A stretch of 30,401 bases of DNA from Dehalococcoidia bacterium (GCA_030740155.1 JASLXV010000099.1:1-30401); one strand, 5' to 3'; positions 9,729 through 19,728 are shown, counted from the first letter of the stretch. The notes: generated by a model not told the origin, from the sequence alone. Numbers and translations are program-made.

Positions 9729-10895
9729 ATGCGCGAGCGGCTTTCGCCATGGATGCTGCTACTCTGCGCATTCCTCCTATTCTTTATCATCTATCTTACC
9801 GGGGCGGTATGGCCGGCTTTCATTAGCTCACGCGGCCTTCAGGAAGGAACTCTCGGCCTGATTATCGGTTTCTACGGCCTCGCCTTATTCGTGGCGCGCC
9901 TGCCCATCGGCTTTCTCTGCGACCTTCTGACGGGCAACCGCAGGGCTGTGATCAGCGCCGGCTTTCTCTGCATTGCCCTTGGGCTTGTATTGCCCGGCCT
10001 GTTTGAATCGGCCTGGCCGCTATTTGTTTCCCGCATCCTCTTGGGAGTGGGGGCGGGATCATTCGTGGCCATCGCTGTCCTTTACACGCTCTACTCTTCC
10101 CCTCGATCCGCCGGATTCGGCATGGCCGTGGTCGCATCATTCCTTGGCTGGGGCCAGATCTTTGCCAACCCGCTGGGAGGCTGGCTTGCCGACAGGTTCG
10201 GAATGCTGGCGCCGTTTTGGGTCTCCGCGCTGGTGGCCGTGGTGGGGGCGGTCTTGGCCCTCGCCATCGTGGAGCCACGCCCGGAACGAGTACCCACGCA
10301 AAGGGTGCTGCTCCCAAAGTCCGCCAATCTCTACATCGGCTCCCTGACGATGGCGGTGGTCTTTTTTGCCGTCTTCGCCACGGTGTACAGCGTGACTCAG
10401 CTTTACGCCGCGACCCAGTTGGGGATAAACAAGGCTACCCAGGGCTTTCTGCTGACGGCTTTCATCTCGCCTTTCGTCGGCGTGGTGCTGATCAGTCCGC
10501 TTCTCGCCAAGACCCTTGGGGTCACCGGCGTCGTTACCGCCGGCCTGGCTTTCCTGGGAGCCGGGGCGCTTCTCACCCCGGTGGCGAATCTGCCAGTGTT
10601 GTTCTTCTGTGAAGCACTATTGGGTGTGGGTTTTGGCCTCACCTTCGGCCTCCTCATGGCCTTGAGCGTTGAGGAGGTGCCGGCCGGACAGCGCTTCTAC
10701 GCCATGGGTATATTTCAGTCAATCTACGCCGCGGGTATGTTGCTTGGCCCGCTGACCGCGGGTTACGTCACCCAAGCCTTCGGATACCCGGCCGCTTTCT
10801 TGTCCGTGGGCGCCGTTGTCCTGCTGGCCGGCACGTGGTTTCTTCTGGTCCGGATTGGGGTATTCGCCGCCGGGGTGAGGCTGGCACGGGGCTGA
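9729..10895 (+). CDS. Major facilitator superfamily transporter
   Basis: About 12 hydrophobic segments; GFLCD..GNRR motif A-like loop, SRILLGVG, GGWLADRFG, GMLLGPLTAG. Confidence 0.9.
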   Translation: MRERLSPWMLLLCAFLLFFIIYLTGAVWPAFISSRGLQEGTLGLIIGFYGLALFVARLPIGFLCDLLTGNRRAVISAGFLCIALGLVLPGLFESAWPLFVSRILLGVGAGSFVAIAVLYTLYSSPRSAGFGMAVVASFLGWGQIFANPLGGWLADRFGMLAPFWVSALVAVVGAVLALAIVEPRPERVPTQRVLLPKSANLYIGSLTMAVVFFAVFATVYSVTQLYAATQLGINKATQGFLLTAFISPFVGVVLISPLLAKTLGVTGVVTAGLAFLGAGALLTPVANLPVLFFCEALLGVGFGLTFGLLMALSVEEVPAGQRFYAMGIFQSIYAAGMLLGPLTAGYVTQAFGYPAAFLSVGAVVLLAGTWFLLVRIGVFAAGVRLARG

Positions 10896-11293
10896 CCGCG
10901 CAGCTTCCAGGGCGCACCACCGGGGATGCCGGCGGGGACGGCCGACCTCTACTATGCATGCGCCCGGCAGTGACCCATTGACCGGAGATACCGCAGCCGC
11001 CCGCTGGGAAGGGTTGCCCCCCGGTGGCGAAGAGAGGTAGCATTGGGCAGATGAACGCCCGTCTCGCCAATACAACCGATCCCCATGGCGGTCGCGATCC
11101 GCTCCGCTGGGGGTGAGGGGGGCCGGGTCAGCCGGAGGCAGATACCCATTGCGCCTTCCCGAGATGGGCGTAGGACCGGCGGGACTTCGGCCCTGGCCAT
11201 CGTCAAAGGGCCCCATCGGGCGCAATCCGGTACTGGTGACGCCGGCGTCCGGTTCCCATCAACCGTTATCCGTGGGGAGCAGACAAGACTCGA

Positions 11294-11734
11294 ATGATTG
11301 AGGGCGGCCTCTACGCCTTCATGGTTCCTCTCGGCAGGTTGCTGGCCGGCCTAATTCTCGGATTGTTTCTGGGCATCCTGGGCGGGTGGGCCGCGGTGAT
11401 CTTCAACGCTATGGCCGAATACCCCTTCGCTCTGTCGGTCCACCGGAATATCTACCTGATGGGTGTCGGTCTGGGCGCAGGGACCGGCGCCTACCTGGCC
11501 TGGGCCAGCCTGGATTTGAGGCGGCTCTTGATAGCGATCTCAGTCCTCCTGGTGCTGGCCGGCGGTGTCGCCGGCACTTACCTGGGCTACCTTTACGGGC
11601 AGAACGTTGACCCTACGTATCTGGGGCGTACTTATACCATCGACAACAACATCCATCTGGGCGCGGCCCTCGGCGCTATAGCCACGGCGACCACCTTGGG
11701 CCTCATCAGCGCCATCCGCACTCCGGGCAACTAA
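11294..11734 (+). CDS. Hypothetical Gly-rich membrane protein (about 4 TM)
   Basis: 146-aa ORF with genome-typical GC3 and several hydrophobic segments; family not recognised. Confidence 0.7.
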   Translation: MIEGGLYAFMVPLGRLLAGLILGLFLGILGGWAAVIFNAMAEYPFALSVHRNIYLMGVGLGAGTGAYLAWASLDLRRLLIAISVLLVLAGGVAGTYLGYLYGQNVDPTYLGRTYTIDNNIHLGAALGAIATATTLGLISAIRTPGN

Positions 11735-12166
11735 CCCGGCTCCGTCGCGAAACTCCCGGCCGGCTTTCCGGCCAGCCTCGGAGCTGCTCCTGGTGGTGCT
11801 GCCACGATGGATCAAAGCTCTCGTCGAACCGATACCGCGTACCGGCATTGCCACGGTCATCCGCAAGCCGGCCGCTCCTGCTCTGCTGAGCCATCGAATT
11901 GGCGCCCACCGAAGGAGGAGCGGCTTGAGGCCTTGAACCGGGCTGGGGCCGGTGTGGGGAGGTGTTCGAGGGCCAGCCGCCGGGGCGGGCGTCCCGGGGA
12001 GGCCCCGGCTTACGAGGCCGTTTCAGATCGCGGCGCCAACGCAGGCCCCGGAGGGCCGCTAGGAGCCCAGGCACCAGGTTCCTGAAACAGTTCGGGCGCC
12101 TGAGGAAAGCTCAGTGTGCCAAAGGCTCCGAGCCGGGGATGGCCCGGAGCCTTTGGGTCACGTCCT

Positions 12167-13138
12167 TTACCCGGTGACGACGTTCTGGGGCCGGCCTTCA
12201 AGGAAGGCGATGACGTTGTCCACTGCGCCCGCGTTGAGGGCTTCAACCCCCTCGGGCGTCATGTCGGCAATGTGGGGAGTGAGGACCACCTGGTCGCAGG
12301 AGAGGAGGGGATGGTCCGCCGGTATCGGCTCCTTATCGAACACGTCGACCGCCGCGCCGGCCAGGTGCCCCGACTTCAGGGCGTTGACCAGGGCCTCGGT
12401 ATCCACCAGCCCGCCCCGGCCGCCGTTGACCAGCAGGGAGCCCGGCTTCATCATGGCCAGCTCCCTCTCTCCGATCATTTTATCGCTCTCGTCGCTAAGC
12501 CGAACGTTCAGGCTGATCACGTCGGACTGGCGTATCAGGTCGTCCAGCTCCACGAACTTGACGCCCAGCAGGGCGGCACGCTCCGGCGTCGGATTGTAGG
12601 TCCAGGCGATAACCTGCATCCCGATGGCGCCGCCCAGGCGCACGACCTCGGCCCCAATGTTGCCGGTGCCGATGACGCCCAGCGTCTTACCCTGCAGGAA
12701 GATGTTGTCTAGCTTGGTCCACCGGCCTGCCTTGAGTTCCGAGGTCTGGTAGGCGGCCCGCTTGGACGCGGCCATCATCAGGCCAAAGATGTGCTCCGCC
12801 ACGAATTTGGACGTTGCCTTCGGCTGGTTGCTGATGACGATGCCCATCTTGGTCGCCACTTCCAAGTCGTAGTTGTTGGTGCCGACGCCGCATGTGGTTA
12901 TCATACGAAGCTTGGGCAGGGCGCTGAGGGCCTCGCCCGACCAGGAGATCGCTCCCCGGGTGTTCAGCATGATGTCGGCATCCTTGACTCTCTCCAGCTG
13001 CTCCTCGGGGCTTGACGGACGGTCGGTGTACAGCGTCAGGTCTCCATAGGGCTTCAGCCGCTCGAGATGGGGCGAGCCCTGGATCTGGATGGGCATATCG
13101 CCGGGCACGACAAACTTTACGCGCTCCTTGGCATTCAT
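12167..13138 (-). CDS. D-isomer-specific 2-hydroxyacid dehydrogenase (SerA/GhrB-like)
   Basis: True start MNAKERVKF at 13138 after AGGAG; GVIGTGNIG Rossmann motif, LVNGGRGGLVD, DVFDKEP, LTPHIA. Confidence 0.93.
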   Translation of the reverse strand: MNAKERVKFVVPGDMPIQIQGSPHLERLKPYGDLTLYTDRPSSPEEQLERVKDADIMLNTRGAISWSGEALSALPKLRMITTCGVGTNNYDLEVATKMGIVISNQPKATSKFVAEHIFGLMMAASKRAAYQTSELKAGRWTKLDNIFLQGKTLGVIGTGNIGAEVVRLGGAIGMQVIAWTYNPTPERAALLGVKFVELDDLIRQSDVISLNVRLSDESDKMIGERELAMMKPGSLLVNGGRGGLVDTEALVNALKSGHLAGAAVDVFDKEPIPADHPLLSCDQVVLTPHIADMTPEGVEALNAGAVDNVIAFLEGRPQNVVTG

Positions 13139-13463
13139 TTCGAACACTCCTGAATCGAATTCAGCTCTGCGGGGTCTGGCCAACCGGAGACAGCCCTGGG
13201 GCAGTTTCCCACCATAAAGCCCATCGGTGGGAACCAAGAACCCGAAGGTGGACGTGGCCTTATCCCTCCGGGTATTTTTACCATTTGTTCGGTGGTCCCG
13301 CAAGGGGCGGCCTGGCCCCATTTCCGGTGCCGCCGGTAATCCCCCGGCCAGGAGAATGTTGCGTGGCCGGAGACGCGGCGCCGGCTGCCGGCCATTTCCG
13401 GTACGGCCGTGGCCAGCCCCGGGTTGCGCGCGGCGTACTGCCTGCGGGTATTGCCTGAGTGTA

Positions 13464-13492
13464 TTGACAGAAGAATTCCGGGTGAGTAGGCT
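13464..13492 (+). promoter_or_regulatory. Putative sigma70 promoter upstream of lactonase
   Basis: TTGACA(13464-13469)-N17-TAGGCT(13487-13492). Confidence 0.55.
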
Positions 13493-13738
13493 GCGCACAT
13501 AGGACGCGGCCGCCGGCCAGACAGGGGAAGAGTCCGCGAGACCTTCGAGAGCCTGACAAGACTCACTCGTCGGCGGCCTGAGAATCCAGAGCCAGGCGCA
13601 TTCTTGGCTCGATCTCCCGGATAATCTCTGGGGCCGGGCCGGGCGTTCTTGAATAGTCTGAGACGGCCCGCGGGGGCGCTCACGTGACGTGGCCGGCCAC
13701 CGGTTAGCCCGTCGAAGACCAGCAAGGGAGGAAGACAG

Positions 13739-14758
13739 ATGCCCTTTCGGATGTATGTTTCCCTACAAGAGGATGAAAAGATCTCGATTTTCACGATGGA
13801 CGCCGCGACCGGCAAGCTGGAACACGAGACTGAGGTGGCGGTAAGGGGCGGTCCCGCGCCGATGACGGTAGACCCGGAGCAGAATTTCCTCTACGTGGGG
13901 CGCCGGGGCAGCCGCCAGCTGTCGAGTTTCAAGATAGGTCAGGATACCGGCGGCCTCTCCCTGATCCGGTCGATACCTCTCGCCACCGATCCGTGTTACA
14001 TCGGCATGGACCGAAAGGGCAAGTTCGTGCTCTCGGCCTATTATGAAGGCGCGAGGATAACGGTCCATGCCATCGGCGACGACGGGGCGGCGGCCGCGCC
14101 ACCCGCCCTTTCCCTCGATACGGCCCGGGGGGCCCATTGTATTCAGACCGACCGGTCGAACCGGTTTGCCTTCGTGCCCCATATCGCCATCAAGGGACCC
14201 AGCGAGATCCAGCAGTTCAAGTTCGACGAGGGTACCGGGCAGCTCACCCGCAACTCGCCCCCCAGCGTCACACCCGGAGGCGACCTGGGTCCCCGGCACT
14301 TTTGTTTTCACCCAAACCGTGACATCGTCTACTGCACGAACGAACAGGGGTGCAGCGTGACCGCCTATCATCTCGACCCGTCGGCGGGAACCTTGACGCC
14401 CTATCAGACTGTTTCGACCCTGCCCGACGATTTCGAAGGCAAGAACTCCTGTGCCCAGATACAGATCTCGCCTTCAGGAAAGTCCCTGTACGCTCCCAAT
14501 CGCGGTCACAACAGCATCGCTTGTTTCTCCATCGACGACTCCACCGGCCAGCTAACGCCGGTTGGCCGGGTCTCCGCGGAGCCGGTGCCGAGGGTGGTCA
14601 GCCTGGACCCCAGCGGGAGCTTCCTCTATGCCGCCGGCCTGGAAACGGGCCGCATTACGTCGTACCGGGTCAACGGCGACACCAGCGAACTCGAGCCCCT
14701 GGAGACCTATGATGTCGGCAAGAGGCCCATGTGGATACTTTTCACCGGGCGAGGGTAA
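13739..14758 (+). CDS. 6-phosphogluconolactonase / cycloisomerase-2 family beta-propeller lactonase
   Basis: GGAGG SD; GAHCI, GPRHFCFHP, NE, LYAPNRGHNSIA, VPR motifs typical of YbhE/Pgl. Confidence 0.9.
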   Translation: MPFRMYVSLQEDEKISIFTMDAATGKLEHETEVAVRGGPAPMTVDPEQNFLYVGRRGSRQLSSFKIGQDTGGLSLIRSIPLATDPCYIGMDRKGKFVLSAYYEGARITVHAIGDDGAAAAPPALSLDTARGAHCIQTDRSNRFAFVPHIAIKGPSEIQQFKFDEGTGQLTRNSPPSVTPGGDLGPRHFCFHPNRDIVYCTNEQGCSVTAYHLDPSAGTLTPYQTVSTLPDDFEGKNSCAQIQISPSGKSLYAPNRGHNSIACFSIDDSTGQLTPVGRVSAEPVPRVVSLDPSGSFLYAAGLETGRITSYRVNGDTSELEPLETYDVGKRPMWILFTGRG

Positions 14759-14860
14759 CCGGCGAACTAACCAGAGGCTAGCTCGGAACCCGGGGTCTCG
14801 AAACCTTAAACGCTTTTCGGGTCCGCTGGAGCTTGGCATCGGGCCTCTCAAAGTCGGTGC

Positions 14861-15676
14861 TCATGCCAGGCTCCTCAGCAGCTCTCCGTACCCCTGAACC
14901 GGGCTGGTCCAACCCACCCTTCTCAGCGCCATCCAGATAGTGGCCTGGTTCACTGTGATCACCCTCTTCCCCAGCTTTTGCTCCAGCTCGTCCACCGCCT
15001 CCAGGGCCCGCCAGGCCGTCCCCGGCAGAAACACGGTATCCGCCTCATCTCTCACCACTGTGGGCACGAAATCCGCGATGACCCGGGGCTCCTGCACGTC
15101 GATGTCCCTGGGGTTCATGGAGTCCTGCATCCAGGGCTCGCCGTCGGCGCTGACCACCTCGAACCCCGCCTCTTCCAAGAAGGGCTTCAGCCGGTTCCGC
15201 AGGTGGAAGTTCCGGTAGGGACCGGCAACGCTGACGCGGCGGGCGCCCATGAACCGCATCGCCTCGAGACACGAGCCCACCGCGGTAATGGCGGGCGCGC
15301 CACCGGCCTGCTCCATGGCCTCGGACATCCGGCGGTCAAAAGCGAGGTTGCCCTTGTGCCAGGTCCCGGAAGTGCAGGCGTAGACCAAGAGGTCCGGACC
15401 TATGTTGGCCAGGGATCGAACGCCGCGTCCCACGTCTTCGTTCATCTTCGTTGCGTTGAACCCGAACAGTGCCCAGTCCACGGTGCCGGCCTCTTCACTG
15501 GTCAGCTTCACGCCGTACTGCTCATCGTCCGGCATCTCCGGCTGATTACCCCACCGGCCGTTCCACAAGCGCTCGAAATGCACGGTGATGCCCCGGGGAA
15601 CCACCGTATAGAAGTCGGGCTCCACAACCGGGTTGGTTGCGGGTAGCAGAGCCCCTATCCGCTTCGTCTCAGCCAT
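14861..15676 (-). CDS. Maleate isomerase / arylmalonate decarboxylase (Asp/Glu racemase superfamily) protein
   Basis: RIGALLPATNPVVEPDF, YACTSG, GARRVSVAGPY, LEQKLGKRVITVNQATIW; SD GAGGGG favours ATG 15676. Confidence 0.85.
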   Translation of the reverse strand: MAETKRIGALLPATNPVVEPDFYTVVPRGITVHFERLWNGRWGNQPEMPDDEQYGVKLTSEEAGTVDWALFGFNATKMNEDVGRGVRSLANIGPDLLVYACTSGTWHKGNLAFDRRMSEAMEQAGGAPAITAVGSCLEAMRFMGARRVSVAGPYRNFHLRNRLKPFLEEAGFEVVSADGEPWMQDSMNPRDIDVQEPRVIADFVPTVVRDEADTVFLPGTAWRALEAVDELEQKLGKRVITVNQATIWMALRRVGWTSPVQGYGELLRSLA

Positions 15677-15836
15677 GGCCAAATCCCCTCCGCTTCTCGT
15701 CCGCGACCCGGCGCCTCGCCATCGCCGGGGGACCAGCTATCCGGGCGCCCCGTTGTTGCGACGAACATAACCAAGGCCCTCGTCAGGCGCCAATTTCAGG
15801 CTGATGGCCCTCGTCGGATTTGATGTGCGGACGTAC

Positions 15837-17060
15837 TCAGATCACGCCCTCGCTACGGAGGCCATCGATCTTCTGACGCGACAGGTGCAGGTACTCCTGC
15901 AACACCTCCTCCGTGTGTTCGCCGAGTCTCGGGCCCCGCTGGTGCTCCATGGCCGAGTCACCGACTTTGATGGGGCTGGCCAGCTGCCGCACGGTCCCGA
16001 ACTCTGGGTGAGGGACTTCAAGAATCATCTGGTCTTCGGCCACTTGGGGGTCGGCGAGAGCCTCCTCCACCGTATTCACCGGGGCGCAGGGGACCAGTCC
16101 GGCAAGAAGCCGCAGCCATTGCGCGGTTGTCCTCTGCCGGGAAAGCTCTTTTAGGACCGGCACCAAAACCTCGCGGTTTTCGAGGCGGTCCGCGAAAGTC
16201 AGGAAGCGCGGGTCTTCCGCCAGGTGGGAGGCACCGAAGGCAGTCACCAGATTACGGTAGAATTTCTCCTTCGCGCACATCACTACTATCCATCCATCTT
16301 TGGTCGGCAGGACCTGGCAGGGCACTTGGGATGGATGCGCCGAATCAGGAAGCCTTTGCGGTTGAAAGCCCCTGGTCAAATGCCAAGCGCCGACGTAAGC
16401 CAGTTGGGAAAAGCCGGTATCGAAAAGGCTAACGTCCACGTCACAACCGGCGCCGGTGGCTCGCGCCCGGAGGATGGCGCTGACGGTCCCCAACGCCGCC
16501 ATCTGTCCTGCGCTCAAGTCGACGAGTGACAGACCGGACTTGGCCGGCGGCGCGTCCGGGTCGCCCGTCAGGCTCATCCAGCCGGCATAACCTTGTATCA
16601 AGTAGTCGTAACCTGGTTCAGCGGCGCGCGCACCACCCCGTCCGAAAGCCGACAGAGAGCAACAAACGATGGCGGCGTTGACCTCGCCGAGCGTTCGGTA
16701 GGTCAGGCCCAGTTGGTCCGGCAGGTCACCCCTCAGGTTGTTCAAGACGGCTTGAGAACCGGCCACCAGCGGGTGGAGGATCTCATTGCTCCGGGGATGC
16801 TTCAGATTCAGTGTGATGCTCTTCTTGTTCCGGTTGAAGCTCTGGAAGAACAGGCTATCCTGGTCGCCGGTGTAGGGAGGCACGTATCTGCCGACGTCGC
16901 CGCCCGTGTCCGGGTTTTCGATCTTGATGACCTCGGCCCCCAAGTCTCCCAAGAGCATCGTCCCCCAGGGCAAAGCCCCATACTGCTCTACCGCGACAAT
17001 GCGAACATCCGAGAGTAAGGGTCGAGGGCCAGACTTGCCCTCATTTGCGGACATATTCAT
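15837..17060 (-). CDS. Family III CoA-transferase (CaiB/BaiF)
   Basis: LGDLGAEVIKIE, FNRNKKSITLNLK, PGYD, catalytic Asp in SLVDLSAG, PRLGEHTEEVL. Confidence 0.94.
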   Translation of the reverse strand: MNMSANEGKSGPRPLLSDVRIVAVEQYGALPWGTMLLGDLGAEVIKIENPDTGGDVGRYVPPYTGDQDSLFFQSFNRNKKSITLNLKHPRSNEILHPLVAGSQAVLNNLRGDLPDQLGLTYRTLGEVNAAIVCCSLSAFGRGGARAAEPGYDYLIQGYAGWMSLTGDPDAPPAKSGLSLVDLSAGQMAALGTVSAILRARATGAGCDVDVSLFDTGFSQLAYVGAWHLTRGFQPQRLPDSAHPSQVPCQVLPTKDGWIVVMCAKEKFYRNLVTAFGASHLAEDPRFLTFADRLENREVLVPVLKELSRQRTTAQWLRLLAGLVPCAPVNTVEEALADPQVAEDQMILEVPHPEFGTVRQLASPIKVGDSAMEHQRGPRLGEHTEEVLQEYLHLSRQKIDGLRSEGVI

Positions 17061-17302
17061 ACCTGGCCGTTCCCGGTGTCAGGGCGCGGGACACCATCGG
17101 TCCCCTGCCCCGGTCGGCATTTGATTCGGCGGACCCAGGCCGGCACGCCGTCATGCCGGCTCTGCCTGGTTCTGCCTGGTTCTGTTGGATCGCCCCCACT
17201 TCCAGCCGGGCCTCCCCCCATTGCTGGGGATCGCTTCACCGTGAACTCAGCCGAGCGGTCTGGATGGGGCGCCAGGCCGTGCCGCAAGACCGAGCAAACT
17301 CC

Positions 17303-19264
17303 CTAGCCGCTTTGACTGCCCGTGACGCCCAGGTCCGGAAGGAACTCTTCCATGCCCAGCCGCTTCAGGGTTTCGGCAGTGGGTATCCCCGTATCCACGT
17401 TCCAACCCATCTGGCCGTAGTACTCGTCGACCATGGCGGGCAGATACGACTTGATGCTCAGACCCTTGGACGGGCCGGTGGGCGGCGCCTCCAGGTGTTT
17501 CTCTGAGATGTCGAACTCGTCCGACTTCTGAAATCCCCTCCTGGCGTACACTAACCGCATCAGGTTGGTGACCCGTTCGCCGATAGCCATGGCTTCTTTG
17601 GTGTCAAAGTCTTCCCAGCCCACGCCCTGGGCCAGACTCAGGCTGGTGAGGCGCAGGGAGTCATTGACCCCTCGCGCGCTGAACATGCATATTCCCAGGC
17701 TGTCCCAGAACAGCTTGGCGAACTGGGACCGGCGCACGGGTTCCACCTTGCTCAGGGCTTCGTCGGCGTTGTGGGCAACCCCCGGCGTGGCTTTGTCGTA
17801 TCCAATCTCAGGCAGGCTGTTCCGATCCGCACCCGCGCCCTGGATCGAGGGCCCGGTACCCGCCACCAGCTCGCCGAAAACCACGCTCCAGTATTGCCGC
17901 TGATCGTGGGTCACCACCCCGGCGCCCTTCACGTCCAGGATCTTGGCCCGCATCTGCTCCACCATTCCCTTCTCGCGGCCCAGGGCCTCGGGCATTGCCT
18001 TGGCGCCCAGGGCCAGCTTGGCCCCGATGCCCTCCCTCCGGACGGTCCGGTTGACCAGCTCCATGGCCGCTTCCCAGTTGCCCCAGGTCAGGTCCAGGCC
18101 GTCGGTGTCCTCCAGGGTGAGGATTCCCTCGCTGTACGCTTCGAACATCGCTCCCATCAGGGTGCCGAACTGGCCCGATTCCAGTCCCAAGCCGTCGAAA
18201 AAGTCGGTCATAATGACCACGGCGCTGGGGTCGTCCACGCCGATCATGGCGGCGGCGCCCTCCATGTTCTCGGCGCCTCCGCAGGGGCTTCCCACGAACC
18301 CGGCGTAGGGCCCGTCGGTGATCTCGACATTGTAAGCGCAGGAGATCTTGCAGTTGTAGGACGGCTGGGGGGTTATCTTCCAGCGGGCGCAGGCGTCGAC
18401 GTACTTCTGGGCGTACTGGGCGCCCCATTCAGGGTCGGTCATGTTCTTGGCCGCGACCCTCATGTTCTTGCCCAGGCTGTTGTAATAGTTGCGGGTAATG
18501 CCCCCGTCCTTCAGGCCAAACGCCGAGGCCAGAACGCCGGATGTGTTGGCGGGGTCGGGCAGCAGGTTCTCCTCCCACTCGGCGGAGGTTTCCACCAGCC
18601 CCTCGGGGTCGAATACAGGGACGGCGCCGGTGCCGCGCACGGCGATGGCCTTCAGGTTCTTGCTTCCCATCACGGCGCCCGGGCTGCCTTTGCCGGAGCC
18701 GTGGTTTCGGTCTGCCTTCACCATGGCTCCGGGCAGTCGCGCCTCGCCCGCGGGGCCGATGCTGGCCACGCTGATGAACTCCTCGTCGCCCAACTCCAAC
18801 TTGAGGCGCCGCTCGGTCTCCCTGGTGGTCAGGCCCCACAGGTGGCTGGCGTCGCGCAGCTCCACCTTGTCATCGTCGATCCAAAGGTATTGAGGCTTCT
18901 CGGCCCTGCCGGTGATGTAGAGGCCTTCATGCCCGGCATGCTTCAGGTAGGCCCCCCAGAAGCCGTGGCCGTGGCCCACCCCGGCGGCGTAAGGTATCAG
19001 GGGGTTGTAGCAGATGGTGGCCCAATCGGAAGAGTTGTTCGCGGGAGTCCCCGTCAGCGGCCCCGTCATGATGATGAGAGGCGCGTCGGCCGCGGTAGCT
19101 TCGGCCTTTGGGGGCGCGTCGCGCAGCAGCAAATATATGCCCAAACCCGTGCCACCCAGGTACTTGCGCAGGATACCCTCACTGGGCAGGGGCTCCCTGG
19201 TGATGGTTCCCTGGTCGAGGTCTATTCGCAGGTAGTGAGGCCGGTATCCGCCGCGAATCGCCAT
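17303..19264 (-). CDS. Aldehyde:ferredoxin oxidoreductase (tungsten AOR) family protein, divergent
   Basis: Start MAIRGGY at 19264 after AAGGAG; LRIDL, YLGGTGLG, GPLTG, ASIGPAGE, GAVMGSKNLKAI, WDSLGIC, DEYYGQMGW, PTAETLKRLG. Confidence 0.92.
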   Translation of the reverse strand: MAIRGGYRPHYLRIDLDQGTITREPLPSEGILRKYLGGTGLGIYLLLRDAPPKAEATAADAPLIIMTGPLTGTPANNSSDWATICYNPLIPYAAGVGHGHGFWGAYLKHAGHEGLYITGRAEKPQYLWIDDDKVELRDASHLWGLTTRETERRLKLELGDEEFISVASIGPAGEARLPGAMVKADRNHGSGKGSPGAVMGSKNLKAIAVRGTGAVPVFDPEGLVETSAEWEENLLPDPANTSGVLASAFGLKDGGITRNYYNSLGKNMRVAAKNMTDPEWGAQYAQKYVDACARWKITPQPSYNCKISCAYNVEITDGPYAGFVGSPCGGAENMEGAAAMIGVDDPSAVVIMTDFFDGLGLESGQFGTLMGAMFEAYSEGILTLEDTDGLDLTWGNWEAAMELVNRTVRREGIGAKLALGAKAMPEALGREKGMVEQMRAKILDVKGAGVVTHDQRQYWSVVFGELVAGTGPSIQGAGADRNSLPEIGYDKATPGVAHNADEALSKVEPVRRSQFAKLFWDSLGICMFSARGVNDSLRLTSLSLAQGVGWEDFDTKEAMAIGERVTNLMRLVYARRGFQKSDEFDISEKHLEAPPTGPSKGLSIKSYLPAMVDEYYGQMGWNVDTGIPTAETLKRLGMEEFLPDLGVTGSQSG

Positions 19265-19624
19265 TGTCTTTCTCCTTGTTTCGGGTTCGCCGCCGACAGC
19301 GCCGGTGTGGTGAGCGGTCGGGACCGTGGGACCGGTTGGCAAGCCTGGAATCGAGATTTCCGAGGACAAGTCTCTGGTCCTAACGAACTCTCGAGGGTCT
19401 CTCCCTTCGGCCGCCTCACGGGTTTGGGGCACACCGGAACGGAGGGGAAACGAGCGCGCCAATTGGGGGGAGTGGAAGCGGCGAGGTAGAATTCGAGGAA
19501 ACCGCGCCTCCCTTCCAAGCACCGCGCATCGGGCCGGGTCCTTTCCGCGACACCGCCATCGCCATGAAAGCCAAGATTCAGCTGAGTAAGCCATAGCGGA
19601 AACCGTGGGGGAGATGCCGCGTAG

Positions 19625-19653
19625 ATAATGACAGACCAGGGAGGAATAGTCAA
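19625..19653 (-). promoter_or_regulatory. Putative sigma70 promoter for the AOR gene
   Basis: Minus strand TTGACT-N17-CATTAT with extended -10 TG. Confidence 0.45.
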
Positions 19654-19728
19654 CGGGAGATGCCTCTGGGCGGAACGGCCACCAGGGTCTGGCCAAGACG
19701 GCCTGATGCTGCTCCAAGCCTCAGAAGC

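Noticed and set aside
11735..12166. Possible small gene in the convergent gap (…GTRYRFDESFDPSWQHH…CPECG)
   Set aside because: No convincing start or family motif; cannot be supported without a homology search.
13139..13498. N-terminal extensions given by the ORF track (also 19265-19717 and 5470-5541)
   Set aside because: Low-complexity Arg/Gly/Pro sequence; clear SD sites mark later starts.
13538..13551. GAGACC(T/C)TCGAGAG shared with 19388-19401 (minus strand) in two leaders
   Set aside because: A 13/14 match without shared flanks is expected by chance at this window size.
17161..17184. 10-bp tandem duplication TCTGCCTGGT
   Set aside because: Only about 2.4 copies, intergenic; most simply a slippage duplication.
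17771..19489. 572-aa plus-strand ORF and similar long antisense ORFs
   Set aside because: Shadow ORFs opposite well-supported genes in high-GC DNA.
19495..19520. GGAAAC..GCCTCCC resembling part of the Moco RNA motif
   Set aside because: On the strand opposite to the AOR transcript and lacks the rest of the consensus.
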